Below are positions 13,076 to 25,615 of a DNA stretch of 64,000 bases, one piece after another. The stretch spans positions 27,034,001-27,098,000 of the forward strand of contig CM075988.1 of the NCBI GenBank assembly GCA_038087875.1, given 5' to 3'. Origin of the DNA: Malacoraja senta (taxonomy: Eukaryota). The notes under the pieces are model-generated. The model was not told where the DNA came from. It did no database searches and was given only the letters and a program-made list of their open reading frames with translations. A program made the position numbers and the translations under genes. The first letter of the stretch is position 1; each line of letters begins with the position of its first letter.

Positions 13076-13530
13076 TCCCCCCCCCCCCCACCTCTCTCTT
13101 TCTCCCCCCACACACAATAAGACCGATGTATTCTGCTTAGTCTCTCTTCCCTCCCACACACACAGATAGACCGAGGCCCTGTGCGCTCTTTCTCTCCCCC
13201 CCACAGTCACGCCGAAGTACACCACACTGCCTCTGTGCCTCTCTCTCTCTCTGTCTCTCTCCCCCTCTCTCCTACATACACAGTCAGAGGTCCACACTGT
13301 CTCTGTGTCTCTCTCTCCCCTACACACACACACACAGACCGAGGTACACACTGCCCGTTGTGTGTGTGTGTCTGCCTCTGTCTCTCTCCCACACACACAG
13401 TTAAAGGTACTCCACGCTGCCTGTGTGTGTGTGTCTCTCTCTCTCTCTGTCCCACCCCCCACACCCACACACAGTCAGTCAGTCAGAGGAACTCCACACT
13501 GTGTGTGTGTGTGTGCCTCTGTCTCTCCCT
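13075..13530. repeat. Low-complexity (CT)n/(CA)n/(TG)n mosaic upstream of the putative first exon
   Basis: Repeated ctctctctccc-cacacacacag blocks. Confidence 0.8.
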
Positions 13531-14290
13531 ATCACAGTCAGAGTGAGATACTCCCCCCGCAGTCTCTCCACGGCCTCTCCCCGGGCAGGGTGCATCTGCC
13601 TCCCTCAGGCTGCCCAGGCAGTCAGACACGACTCCGGTGGCGGGCTGCATGCACAGCTCCTGCCGGCCGGCTGGGAGTGGCGATGGAGGACAGGGGGAAG
13701 TTGGCCACCAGCGGGGCAGTCTCGGCTCTCCATGCAGTCCGAGTCTCGCTGGATCCTCGTAATCCTCTGCCTCTGTCAAATGGGTGAGTTTAACCTGACC
13801 CCCCCCCACCTCCCCCCCAACCTCCCTCCACCTCAACTCACGCCTGGGCACCAAAGCAGCTCAGGAGGCGAACCCTGAGCTCCGTCTCCCAACAATCTGA
13901 TGTGCGCATCCGTGCACATTCAAAGATTCCATCTCCAGTCTCCCCGCAGTGTGTAGACCTGGCAGTAAATTCAATTAAAATATAGCAAACCTCCGCCTGC
14001 TGGTCTTCTAACTACGTGATGTGTGTTTCAAACAAATCATCAGTATAACTGCCCTGGCACTGGACGGTGCGCATTTTCCCTTTGTAGGTCACATCAATAG
14101 ATGCGGCCGCGCTGAATTCTATCTTTAACTCAAAGCCGCAGGATGGAGATGTTGCTTATTAAAACAGACCTTCATTGAAGGTTGGCTCAAGAGTAACTCG
14201 GGAAAGGAACTTGTTAACTCGGGAGACGAACTTGGAACATCGCAGAAATTACAGTTAACGGCAAACTTGAGTCATACCCGTGGGAACTCG
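13530..14290 (+). promoter_or_regulatory. CpG-enriched promoter / first-exon region
   Basis: Locally high GC and CpG (ccggccgg, gcggccgcg) in non-repeat sequence, flanking the signal-peptide exon. Confidence 0.55.
13732..13783 (+). CDS. Probable first coding exon encoding a signal peptide (MQSESRWILVILCLCQM + 1 nt); secreted or membrane protein, possibly KIRREL/Ig-superfamily-like
   Basis: ATG at 13732, hydrophobic core WILVILCLC, and a consensus donor G|GTGAGT at 13784 giving a phase-1 intron, all in a CpG-rich context. No downstream exon was recognised in the window. Confidence 0.6.
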
Positions 14291-14821
14291 GGGGGGAGAG
14301 AGAAGGGGGGGAGAGAGAAGGGGGGGAGAGAGAAAGGGGGGGAGAGAGAAGGGGGGAGAGAGAGGGGGGGAGAGAGAAGGGGGGGAGAGAGAGAAGGGGG
14401 GGAGAGAGAGAAGGGGGGGAGAGAGAGAAGGGGGGGGAGAGAGAGAAGGGGGGGAGAGAGAAAAGGGGGGGAGAGAGAAGGGGGGAGAGAGAGAAGGGGG
14501 GGAGAGAGAAGGGGGGAGAGAGAGAAGGGGGGAGAGAGAGAAGGGGGGAGAGAGAAGGGGGGGAGAGAGAGGGGGGAGAGAGAAGGGGGGGAGAGAGAAG
14601 GGGGGGAGAGAGAAGGGGGGGAGAGAGAAGGGGGAGAGAGAAGGGGGGAGAGAGAAGGGGGGGGAGAGAAGGGGGGGAGAGAGAAGGGGGGGAGAGAGAA
14701 GGGGGGGAGAGAGAAGGGGGGGGGAGAAGGGGGGAGAGAGAAGGGGGGGAGAGAGAAGGGGGGAGAGAGAAGGTGGGGGGAGAGAGGGGGGGGGAGAGAA
14801 GGGGGGGGGAGAGAAGGGGGG
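14290..14821. repeat. Polypurine repeat (~gagagaagggggg)n abutting the assembly gap
   Basis: About 530 bp of almost pure G/A. Confidence 0.95.
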
Positions 14822-15021
14822 NNNNNNNNNNNNNNNNNNNNNNNNNNNNNNNNNNNNNNNNNNNNNNNNNNNNNNNNNNNNNNNNNNNNNNNNNNNNNNN
14901 NNNNNNNNNNNNNNNNNNNNNNNNNNNNNNNNNNNNNNNNNNNNNNNNNNNNNNNNNNNNNNNNNNNNNNNNNNNNNNNNNNNNNNNNNNNNNNNNNNNN
15001 NNNNNNNNNNNNNNNNNNNNN
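14822..15021. other. Assembly gap (200 N)
   Basis: Run of N. Confidence 1.
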
Positions 15022-15160
15022 GTTATCGTATTTACAGTTGTTTATATCCAGCTATTCGAAGTGAACAGGGTGGTATCTAATTTGGCTCAGTCCACTTGCT
15101 CGAATAACTCATTGGATCATTAGCTCATTGGTGTCGAGCTGAGAACAAAACACCACTCTT

Positions 15161-16787
15161 ACACTCTCCGTCATCTCCGCGCATTCCACTCTCTAGGCCC
15201 TCACCCCCTCATCTTCACCATGGACGTCCAGTCACTGTACACCTCCATCCCCCACCAGGATGGTCTCAAAGCCCTCCGTTTTTTCCTCGACCGTAGAAGC
15301 AATCTATACCCGGCCACTGACATCCTCCTCCGCCTAGCGGAGCTGGTACTTACACTTGATAACTTTTCATTTGACTCCTCCCATTTCCTCCAAATACAAG
15401 GCGTAGCTATGGGCACACGCATGGGCCCCAGCTACGCCTGCCTCTTTGTCGGGTACGTAGAACAATCCTTGTTCAATGCGTACCAGGGCCCCATCCCCGA
15501 CCTCTACCTCCGCTACATCGATGATTGTTTTGGTGCCACATCCTGCACCCACACACAACTGACTGACTTCATCCGCTTCACCACCAACTTCCATCCGGCA
15601 CTCAAATACACCTGGACCATTTCCGACACTTCCCTACCATTCCTTGACCTCACCATCTCCATCGCAGGTGATAGACTCCTTACCGACATCCACTACAAAC
15701 CTACCGACTCCCATGGCTATCTGGACTACACTTCTTCCCACCCTGCTTCCTGTAAGGACTCCATCCCCACTCCCAATTCCTCCGTCTACGCCGCATCTGC
15801 TCCCAGGATGAGGCGTTCCACACCAGGGCATCTGAAATGTCCTCATTCTTCAGGGAACGGGGGTTCCCCTCCTCCACCATAGATGAGGCTCGCACCAGGG
15901 TCTCTGCCATACCCCGCAACACTGCTCTCTCTCCCCATCCCCCCACTCACAACAAAGGCAGAGTCCCCCTAGTCCTCACCTTTCACCCCACCAGCCGTCA
16001 CATACAACAAGTGATCCTCCGTCAGTTTCGCCACCTCCAACGTGACCCCACCACTCGCCACATCTTCCCATCTCCCCCTATGTCTGCCTTCCGCAAAGAC
16101 CGCTCCCTCCGTAACTCCCTTGTCAATTCTTCCCTTCCCTCCCATACCACCCCCTCCCCTGGTACTTTCCCTTGCAACCGCAAGAGATGCAACACTTGTC
16201 CCTTCACTTCCCCCCTCCACTCCATTCAAGGACCCAAGCAGTCGTTCCAGGTGCGACAGAGGTTCACCTGCATCTCCTCCAACCTCATCTATTGCATTCG
16301 CTGCTCTAGATGCCAGCTGATCTACATCGGTGAGACCAAGCGGAGGCTTGGCGATCGTTTCGCCGAACACCTCCGGTCGGTCCGCAATAACCAACCTGAA
16401 CTCCCGGTGGCTCAGCACTTCAACTCCCCCTCCCATTCCGTATCTGACCTCTCTGTCCTGGGTCTCCTCCATGGCCACAGCGAGCAACACCGTAAATTGG
16501 AGGAAATGCACCTCATATTCCGCTTGGGCAGTCTACATCCTGGTGGCCTGAACGTTGAATTCTCCCAATTCTGCTAGCCCTTGCTGTCCCCTCCCCTTCA
16601 TCAGCCATCTGGTTGTCTCTTCCCCTCCCCCAGCCCTCGGGCTCCTCCTCCGCCTTTTCCTTTTTTCCTTTCTTCTCCCCACCCCCTATCAGTCTGAAGA
16701 AGGGTTTCGGCCCGAAACGTTACCTATTTCCTTCGCTCCATAGATGCTGCTGCACCCGCTGAGTTTCTCCAGCATTTTTGTGTACCT
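15161..16787 (+). mobile_element. Penelope-like retroelement copy 1 (5'-truncated; RT C-terminal half + GIY-YIG), 12-bp TSD
   Basis: ORFs 15220..15882 (GVAMGTRMGPSYA, YLRYIDD) and 15837..16577 (LIY...YIGET). A 1-bp deletion at ~15766 separates them. TSD accactcttaca at 15152-15163 and 16788-16799. Confidence 0.95.
16691..16724 (+). ncRNA. Minimal hammerhead ribozyme motif in the Penelope 3' end
   Basis: CUGAAGA-A-GGGU(UUCG)GCCC-GAAAC-GUU|AC. Confidence 0.7.
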
Positions 16788-17091
16788 ACCACTCTTACAT
16801 CTGTGGGGAAAGTCTTGAAAGGTTCACTCCCTAGTGTGATAAGGACACAGCAAGCAGGCAATTGGTTGTTTAACTAGAAGAGAGATGAGGAGAACTTGTG
16901 TTTTTTTGTCGTGCAATGAACAGCCAGCTAGTCCACAGGGTCAAGTATAGACCAGATTGAGTAAGAGAGACAGATTTACATTCTATGGGGTATTAGTGAG
17001 CTGGATGAGATTTTTAGAATAATCTGATCATTTAAGATCAATTTAATGTAGACACATTTCTGATTGTTTAATTAACTGATTTCAACTCATG

Positions 17092-17222
17092 TGTAAGAAA
17101 GAACTGCAGATACTGGTTTAAATCGAAGATAGACACAAAATGCTGGAGTAACTCAGCAGTACAGGCAGCATCTCTGGAGAGAAGGAATGAGTGACGTTTT
17201 GGGTCGAGACCCTTTTTCAGAC
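17092..17222 (-). mobile_element. Single-arm Penelope-end-like non-autonomous element
   Basis: Reverse complement of the gtctgaa.aagggtctcgaccc..aacgtcac...ccag.atctgcagttc unit. Confidence 0.8.
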
Positions 17223-17614
17223 ATGGTTTGAACTCATGTGTGCAGATTCATTAGCAAGAAGGCTATGCCCCACTGCCCACAGGAAGGCTGTAGAGGAGAC
17301 ACCCTGGAATCACCAGGGAGGTGGAACTTCAGTAAGGTGCAGAGATTCTGTAATGTCCTCTCAGAGACGTTTACTGCAAAGGATCTTTCAAATCCTAATA
17401 GGGTTTGGGAGATTAAATAAAGAAAAATGTTGCACTGACAGAGGATTGGTTACCAGACTTCACAGAATGGTTACAGCACAGGAGAAACCACGCGACCCAT
17501 CGAAACTTGCTGGCTTTGGCAAAAGAACCAGAGGTGTCGAGAATTTGTTTTTTATATGCAGCAAATTGTTATGATATGATACACGTGGTCTGAAAGAATG
17601 ATAAAACCAGGTTC

Positions 17615-18740
17615 CACATGGGAGGCTGCTCTTGATCGCATGGGATCCAAGGAGAGATAGCTGAATGGATAGAAAATTGGCTTCATGGAAGCAGAGGGTG
17701 ATGGTGGAAGGTTGCTTCTCAGACTGGAGGCCTGTGACGAGTGGTGTGCCTCAGGGTTCGGTGCTGGGCCCGTTACTGTTTATCATCTACGTCAATGATT
17801 TGGATGAGAACATACAGGGCAAGATTAGCAAGTTTGCAGATGATACAAAAGTGGGTGGTTTTGCAAATAGTGAAGATGGTTGTGAAAGATTGCAGCAGGA
17901 TCTGGATCGATTGGCCATGTGGGCTGAGGAATGGCTGATGGAATTTAATACAGAGGAATGTGAGGTGTTGGATTTTGGGAAGTCTAAAATGGGCAGGACC
18001 TTCACGGTGAATGGTAGGCCTCTGGGTGGAGTTCTAGAGCAGAAGGATCTAAGAGTAGAGGTGCATGGTTCCTTGAATGTCGAGTCGCAGGTAGTTGGGG
18101 TGCTAAAAAAGGCATTGGCCTTCATCATTCAGAGTATTGAGTACAGAGGTTGGGAGGTCATGGTGCATTTGTATAAGACATTGGTGAGACCGCATTTAGA
18201 ATATTGTGTTCAGTTCTGGGCACCATGTTATAGGAAAGATGTTGTCAAGGTGGAAAGGGTACAGAAAAGATTAACGAGGATGTTGCCAGGACTAGAGGGC
18301 ATGAGTTATAGGGAGAGGTTGAGTAGGCTGGGTCTCTATTCATTGGAGCACAGGAAGATGAAGGGTGATCTTATGGAGGTGTATAAAATCATGAGAGGAA
18401 TAGATTGGGTAGACGCACAGAGCTTCTTGCCCAGAGCAGGAGAATCGAGGACCAGTGGACATAGGTTCAAGGTGAAGGGGAAAAGATTTAATAGGCATCT
18501 GAGGGGTAACTTTTCACACAAAGGGTTGTGGGTGTATGGAACAAGCTGCCAGTGGAGGTAGTTGAGGTAGGGACTATCCCAACATTGAAGAAACAGTTAG
18601 ACAGGTACACAGATAGGACAGGTTTGGAGGGATATGGACCAAATGCGGGCAGATGGGACTAGTTTAGCTGGGACATGTTGTTCGATTTGGGAAGGTTGGG
18701 CGAAGAGCCTGTTTCCACGCTGCATTTCTCTATGACTCTA
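17615..18740 (+). mobile_element. CR1 LINE (older family), RT C-terminus and 3' UTR
   Basis: ORF 17665..18561 with SGVPQGSVLGPLLF, KFADDTKVGG and RPHLEYCVQFW; ctatgact tail. Confidence 0.93.
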
Positions 18741-18842
18741 GAACAGATTCAATAATAATTTTAAGAAGGAATTAGAGAACTCCAAGACAAGAAAAATAAT
18801 GTAGGGCTCTTTGGATGGAGGTGGTATGTGTGTATGTATGTG

Positions 18843-19328
18843 TAGAAACATAGAAACATAGAAAATAGGTGCAGGAGTAGGCCATTCGGCCCTTCGAGCC
18901 TGCACAGCCATTCAATATGATCATGGCTGATCATCCAACTCAGTATCCCGTACCTGCCTTCTCTCCATACCCACTGATCCTCTTAGCCACAAGGGCCACA
19001 TCTAACTCCCTCTTAAATATAGCCAATGAACTGGCTTCAACTACCTTCTGTGGCAGAGAATTCCAGAGATTCACCACTCTCTGTGTGAAAAATGTTTTCT
19101 CATCGCGGTCCTAAAAGACTTCCCCCTTATCCTTAAACTGTGACCCCTTGTTCTGGACTTCCCCAACATCGGGAACAATCTTCCTGCATCTAGCCTGTTC
19201 AACCCCTTAAGAACTTTGTAAGTTTCTATAAGATCCCCCCTCAATCTTCTAAATTCTAGCGAGTACAAGCTGAGTCTATCCAGTCTTTCTTCATATGAAA
19301 GTCCTGACATCCCAGGAATCAGTCTGGT
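18843..19328 (-). mobile_element. Young CR1 3' fragment inserted in a (TG)n tract
   Basis: (catagaaa) tail at 18843-18865; reverse complement of the 5210-5690 region. Confidence 0.93.
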
Positions 19329-19492
19329 GTGTGTGTGTCTGTCGGTGTGTGTGTCTGTCAGTGTGCATGTGTGTGTGTGTTAGTGCGTGTGTGTGTGTGT
19401 GAGTGCGAGTGCGTGTATGTGCGTGTACGTGTTCATGTGTGTGTATGTGTGTGTGTATGTTTGTGTGTGTGTGTGCATGTGTGCATGTGTGT
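19327..19492. repeat. Imperfect (TG)n microsatellite
   Basis: Direct inspection. Confidence 0.9.
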
Positions 19493-20089
19493 CACACCAC
19501 AATGATTACCTCGCCTAACATTGGAAATCTCGAGTGGCCGTCGATCTCTGGAACTTACTGCCCTCCTGTTCCAGTATTCTTTTCTATTTAGACATGCTGT
19601 TGCATGTTATAGAACTCAAATGTTAAGATCTGCTTTGAGTCCGATAAAATTACATTAACTTGTAATTCCAAGTGAAATATGATTGTTTTTTTTTTAATCC
19701 TTTCCATGGTTGTCACATAAAAATGTCAAAAGAATCAATATTGTTTAGTAGGCCAAAAGATAACAGTCTGTTTTCAAAAAAACATAATATACAGACCAGA
19801 AGCTCTTAAAGATTAATTAATCAAAGTTGATTTAAAAGAATGGAGCAAAAATGGATCCTGAAATATGAGTGTTGTTCCCTGTAGTTCGACCACAATTCAT
19901 CATCCCATTAATCTTCATGCATTTATTGGTATTCCTAAAACCTTTGCATAAAAAGGAAAAATCTCCTTATGCAATGGTGGGTAGGGTTTTGTGTGTAGAG
20001 GGGAAGTAATGGGTGAGTTGAGGAGTGCACAGGGGCAACAGTGGATAGGTTTGAGTGTGTACTCCAGGGGCAATAGTGGGTAGGTTTGG

Positions 20090-20400
20090 GACTCACTACC
20101 AGGGGCAATGGCAGAGGCAGATAGAATTATGGAGTTTAAAAGAGATCTGAATAAGTATCAGAAAAGGTGGAATTTTCTGTGTAACACTATGTTGAGGGGA
20201 GACCTGGTGGAAGTATATAACGTTGTGAGAGGCAGTGATAGAATGGACAGACAGAAACATTTCTTCAGGATGGAAATATCAAATACTAGAGGGCATAGCT
20301 TTAGGATGAGGGGGCAACGTTTAAAGAGATGTGTGGGCAAGTTGTGTTTATACAGAGGGTGGTGAGTGTCTGGAATGCCTGCTGAGATTGGTGGAGGCAG
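20090..20400 (+). mobile_element. Degraded CR1 3' fragments
   Basis: LRGDLVEVY and NTRGHSF remnants. Confidence 0.65.
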
Positions 20401-21402
20401 ATATGATTTCTCCAGCTTCTTTGGAACAGTCAGAAAGTCACAAAGGCGCATGGCGGGGAAGATAACCAAAATCTCAGGGCCACATTTGTGTACTGAACCT
20501 GATTGTTCAGTTCCGATCATCCAAACTCTGACTATAAGAAGAGCACTGAAGTCCATAGATTGAGATTACTGGATCACTGAGGATTCTACTAGAGAGAATG
20601 TCCTGGTATTTAAAGCTGCTAATGCATTATCTGATCATGAAGTCATTTAGAAAATAAAGAAAAAGGTTCTGTGTATTTCAGTTGTCAGTCATATCTCTCT
20701 GCCTCTTCTGGGCCAACTTGGCCTATTAAATGTCAGGGCAATTACACTGAGCGGTAAACTAATCTTCCCGAAGCTTCATCCAGTCTGCTGCGACTGCTGC
20801 TTTTTCCATTTGGCATGGCTCTGTGCCCATGTGCATTAGATCCAATTCTGGAGTCCCTCATTGATCATGCAGAACTAAAACATTGCCCTTTGTTTTCTCC
20901 AATGTCTTCTCATGGATTAGATTTGCTTCAGCTAAGAATGGTCTGATCCATCAATATCATTCACCCAACTACAACCTCCACCTAACACTGCCAACTCTTG
21001 CCACTCTAGTGCCGGAGAGGGACATCAAGTGGAATATTAAACTGAGTAACAGGTTCATTAGCTCCATACTTTATATCAGCTCCAGACATTTACTTCATTC
21101 ATTCACGGGCTGCAATGTCACAGGTGACACTGGGATTTAGTGCCCATCCTTATATACTACTCATAGAAAAAAAAATAGTAAGATTAAACGAGAACTTACC
21201 AGTTTGAAGTTTGATCTTTATTTTATGAGGAGTTACGTTGGTGATTACGTGAAGAACCCCGCCAGTGCGCCTGCGCGTCAATCTTCGAAGCAGCGGTGTG
21301 AAATCACAAAAAACAAAAACGAAGTAATATAGTAATATAATAAAACGAGTAATTCAAGAACTTCCATCTGACCTTCATGATAGAGGGTTGGGTCGTGGTG
21401 GG

Positions 21403-21514
21403 CACGTAATCACCAACGTAACTCCTCATAAAATAAAGATCAAACTTCAAACTGGTAAGTTCTCATTTAATCTTACTATTTTACTTCGGAGTCACGTGAG
21501 TGACTACGTGAAGA
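21403..21514 (-). other. DIRS internal complementary region (ICR), a copy of the circle junction
   Basis: 77/78 match to the reverse complement of 21174-21251 and 37/37 to that of 32573-32609; the two halves overlap at ATT 21478-21480. Confidence 0.92.
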
Positions 21515-21689
21515 TTTTAAAGCTTTGTGATTTCATGCCGCAGATACAAATCCCGGCTTCTCACTGCATTGATTGACTCGGAACGAGAAATAATCAATAA
21601 TGCATTAATAATGACATTTGCATGACAAATGCAGTAATTCATTTATTTGAATAAAAGAATTAACAGTATCCCCTTTAACTCAGGGAAAT

Positions 21690-22700
21690 TTAAGCAGAAC
21701 TTAATATAGTATCTGCAAACAGCCCCGTATTGGCAATAGGCCGATGGTAAAAGTGTTGAAACACCAACTTATTGGATCACCTGTGAAAATATGGTCGATG
21801 GGACGTTCTTCGCCCTGGTCGTCAATGTTGCTGCTAAACTGAATGGAATGTAAAACCATCAATGTTCACACCTGCAGCAACCAAAACTTGTTTTTAACCA
21901 TCTTAAAATAGTCTGGACTGACACTATCTTGTATGGTTTTTCGTGAATGATAAACAATCTTGTTTTCATATTTCATAAGACCTTTGTAGCCTCAATGTAT
22001 TGCAACAAATATGTCTTAACATATAGACATGGATCCATAGAATATGCTAATAAAACACTCTTGAATCCTATCACACCTGATCCTACATCATTTGAGTAGG
22101 TCATAAAATGTAAAACATAACATAATCCTGAGGTACTTCCATCCTGTGTATCTGTAACTTTTGTAATGTTACAAGTGCCATAAGCATGACTACCTTCATG
22201 CTGAACTTGGCCAAATCAGAATCGTACCAAGACTCCATTGAAGAAGTAGCTTAAAACAACTCTATATTCCAGATTCCCTCCTAGGTTTAGAAGGTCTGGA
22301 ATTAAAATTCCTTTCATTAATCTGGAAATAAAAGAACGAGACTCAACAGGATGTCTTTCCAACCTCATCAATAAAAAACGAGGAATAATATACTTCTGTC
22401 TGAATAAATCGCACTATAACTCAACCCCTTAAATAGAGGTAAATCCAAGACATTTGAGACATGTGCCGTACAACATTCCATATTCTTTTATACACAGAAA
22501 ATTTTTCCCCTCATTCTTTACATAATGGGAAAGCAGCATTTACAGTCACAACTCAGATTCACAAATGTATTGCTTTTGAGTACTCTTCCGCCAGACTGCT
22601 GTAACCATGTCCACAGCATGCCCAGACAATCCTCTTTTTTAAAACCTGCAAATTCACAGATCCATACAGGCATATGACGGATGTTACTCTCCAATTATCG
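21690..22700 (-). pseudogene. DIRS tyrosine recombinase (frameshifted)
   Basis: Manual translation gives DMVTAVWRKSTQKQY near the N-terminus, then SVQTILRWLK..VLVAAGVNIDGFTFHS, VPIDHI and FQHFYHRPIA. Confidence 0.85.
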
Positions 22701-24300
22701 AATACACCAGTAACTTCCTTCTTTTGGGAACATTTATCAGAAACTGTGTCATAAATTTCAATATCAAAGGGAACCACGTAGACCCGTCTGGTACCACGAA
22801 TACCCCAGAGGCAGCATACTGCTTCATTTTAAGCAGACACCGGTTTATGAGACAGGATGATTTAAAATGCATATAAAAACATACCATCCTAATGTAGCGA
22901 GAAACATCCATCGCTACTGTCTCCCGATGTAGTCCCATAACACATATCTCTGTAACTGGTGATTGAGTCTGGATGGAAACAAGTCATATCTAGCTTCCCA
23001 AATCTGACTATTATATCATTAAAATCTTAAGGTTCAACATCCATTCTTTGTTATCATGGAAATTCCACCCATACAATTAATACATGCCATTGCTGCAGTG
23101 TTGTTAATTTGAAACTGAACATGCAGATTAGTTGTATTTAACAACAAGTTTGTAGCTCATAAGCCTTCCAATAGCTGTAAAACGTGTCTCCATGTCTGCA
23201 AAATAATACTTCTTCCATATTCCATCTGTCCACAGATGGATACCTTTTCAGTGGCACCAATCCTAGTACACTGATGTCAGTCTGTTAAGACCATGGAAGG
23301 CTGTTCAATCCGTATCTTGCTTGAACTACTGAAGACATGTTAAATCCACTACTGCAATCAGAAGCAGCATTTGTTGTTTAACTGCATGGCCTATCAAAAA
23401 ATGGCCACCATGCATCCTAGTGTTTTTTTTTCTTTTTTGCAGTCTGCAGCTGCTGGTAGTCCAATGGCCCAAATTGTATTGCTGGAAATAACACTAATTC
23501 TCCTAACAAGTTGGCCACCTGTCTTAATTGAAGATTGTTGCTTTGCCAACCGCTTAATACAACCATCAATTAGCTTTACCCTTTACCCTGGGTAAATTAC
23601 TACCCTGTCTGGATGAATTAAACCCAACTTTCAAAAGTGATTTGAATAATTTGAGAGAGATAACTCACTAATTCTCTTGTTCGTCCTAATTAGGACATCA
23701 TCCAATTAAGCCATCCACATCTGTCCTTGGACTCTAATTAGCCCCAAATTGGTTTTACCAATTTAGTGAAATTCTAGGAACTGAAGTTAACCCGTTTAGA
23801 CAGAACTTTGAATTGCCATAATTGTTCCTTCAGATAATTGTTAAATATTTTTATCTTACAAATGAACAAACACTAAGTAATATACATCTTTCAGATCTAT
23901 AAGTGCCATAAAATATATTTTTTGAAATAAATTGTTTGGCAGTCTCAAAGTCTCCATTTTGAAGTGTCTATACTTCACAAAATTTTAAAGACTTGTCAGA
24001 TCTAAAATACTCCTCACCTTTTTAGGTTGAGAAATTTTAAACACAATTTGGTGGTTTTGATAAACCAACCTTTCAATTACTTGTTTATAAACAAGTTTTC
24101 AATTCAGCTTGAACCTCCATCAATTATTTTTATGTGAAATTGGAGTGTTCTGCTTGGAACATGCTGGATGGCAAATCAGTATTTGAATCGAATCAATTCG
24201 AAACCTTTCTATAATACTCAGAATAATAACTGAAGTAATTTGCTTCCAATATTTGGCTGTTTTTGCCTTAATATGTTCCCATAAGAACCAGGTCTACCTA
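22700..24300 (-). pseudogene. DIRS pol (RT / RNase H / Dam-like methyltransferase), decayed
   Basis: Manual translation: ILDLTSL..FVKYRHFKMETL, MALIDLKDVYY, NGLTSVPRI, MA*LDDVLI (YLDD mutated), and MT-like DLFPSRLNHQLQRY...LYAF. Confidence 0.85.
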
Positions 24301-25615
24301 CCTCCTTTGTCATCTGAGTGACCTGTGGTCCCTGGCTCCTGGCAGGCAAAACCCACGCTTTTTCGTTTTCCTGCTGCAGGACATCAACTGTGCACCTGCT
24401 TCAATGGTCGATTTGATCCTGATGTCGGTCCAGGATTTTGTATGATGTCTGAAAGGATACGTCCTCTTTGCAGACTTGACGACCATTGATGTTGTGATCA
24501 ACTTTGCTGTTTTTGCCTCATCATCCAACTCTTTCCCACGTTTCATGAGGTTTTTTCTCTGAAGAATAAGTTGAATGACTGCACATTGCTGGGCTTTACA
24601 GAGTTGCTGCAACTTTGGGTTGATGGTGGACCGAATGGCATACTTCCTGAAACAATTTATCTCGAAGTGGGCGCTACAAAGCAACCTTAGTGCCACTTGA
24701 TGCATCTCCATCCCTGGCCTCCATCCAATGTATTGTTTGTTTAAATTGCCCCTCGGGGACAAATAAAGTGCTTGGTAATTGGTAATTGGTAACAAAATTG
24801 TTTTGCCAATTGCAGTTGTTTATCAACCCAGCAGCTTCAATATTCTCTGCAGTTTACTTTCCTTAGGCTTACATGCCTTCGCCCATTTGACGCCTTATAT
24901 CTTGGTTCACTGTTAGTACTTTCAGCAATACGTAGTTCCTTGGGATATCGTGCTTTTTTGGCATTTTCATCCATCGTAAGCTACTAGAGCTGATGGAAGA
25001 CACAATAGTTGATCACAGAGGCCACTTCCTTTCCCAGTGGCTCTCCTGACTCTGACTGGGCAGCGAATCGTACTGCCAGGAGTAAACATCTGGCAGCTGC
25101 CGTCTTCGCTTGTATCGGCCTCACCGTCAGGGTCAGAACTCTCACAGAGCAGCAAATCGTACTGCCAGGAATAGCCCATCTGGCAGCTGCCGTCTTCTTT
25201 TTTTTTATTTTTTTATTTTTTTTATTTTTTTATTTTTTAGAAGTACGGTAGATTACAGTAATGTACAACACGTATATATTAATACATTTTTTGTACCGCT
25301 TCACTTTTTTAAACTTTAAGAAAGAAAAAGAAAGAAGTAAGAAAAGTGAAGAAAGTGCACAAAGGTTGTGAAGTGCAAAAGAGTGTTGGGAAAAGAAAGC
25401 CCCTTAGAAAAGAAGTTAGAGAAGGAAGTAAAGTTAGAAAATAGACCCTAGAAAAAAAAAGAGAAAGAAAGAAGGAACAATCGCTCTATTATAACTCTTA
25501 TACCATACTTCATAGAGAAGGAACTACCAACCAAGTCTGTTTTTATTTTACCTCCCATTACCAGGTCCAGATACCTTTTATTTATTTATTTGTTTTTCTA
25601 AATTACTATTGCACC

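Noticed and set aside
14267..15123. Gly/Arg/Glu-rich ORFs
   Set aside because: Polypurine repeat read through an N gap.
15969..16511. Antisense ORFs recurring in all Penelope copies (also 40859..41401 and 50612..51280)
   Set aside because: Recurrence reflects copy identity, and the C-rich sense strand leaves few antisense stops; no recognisable domain.
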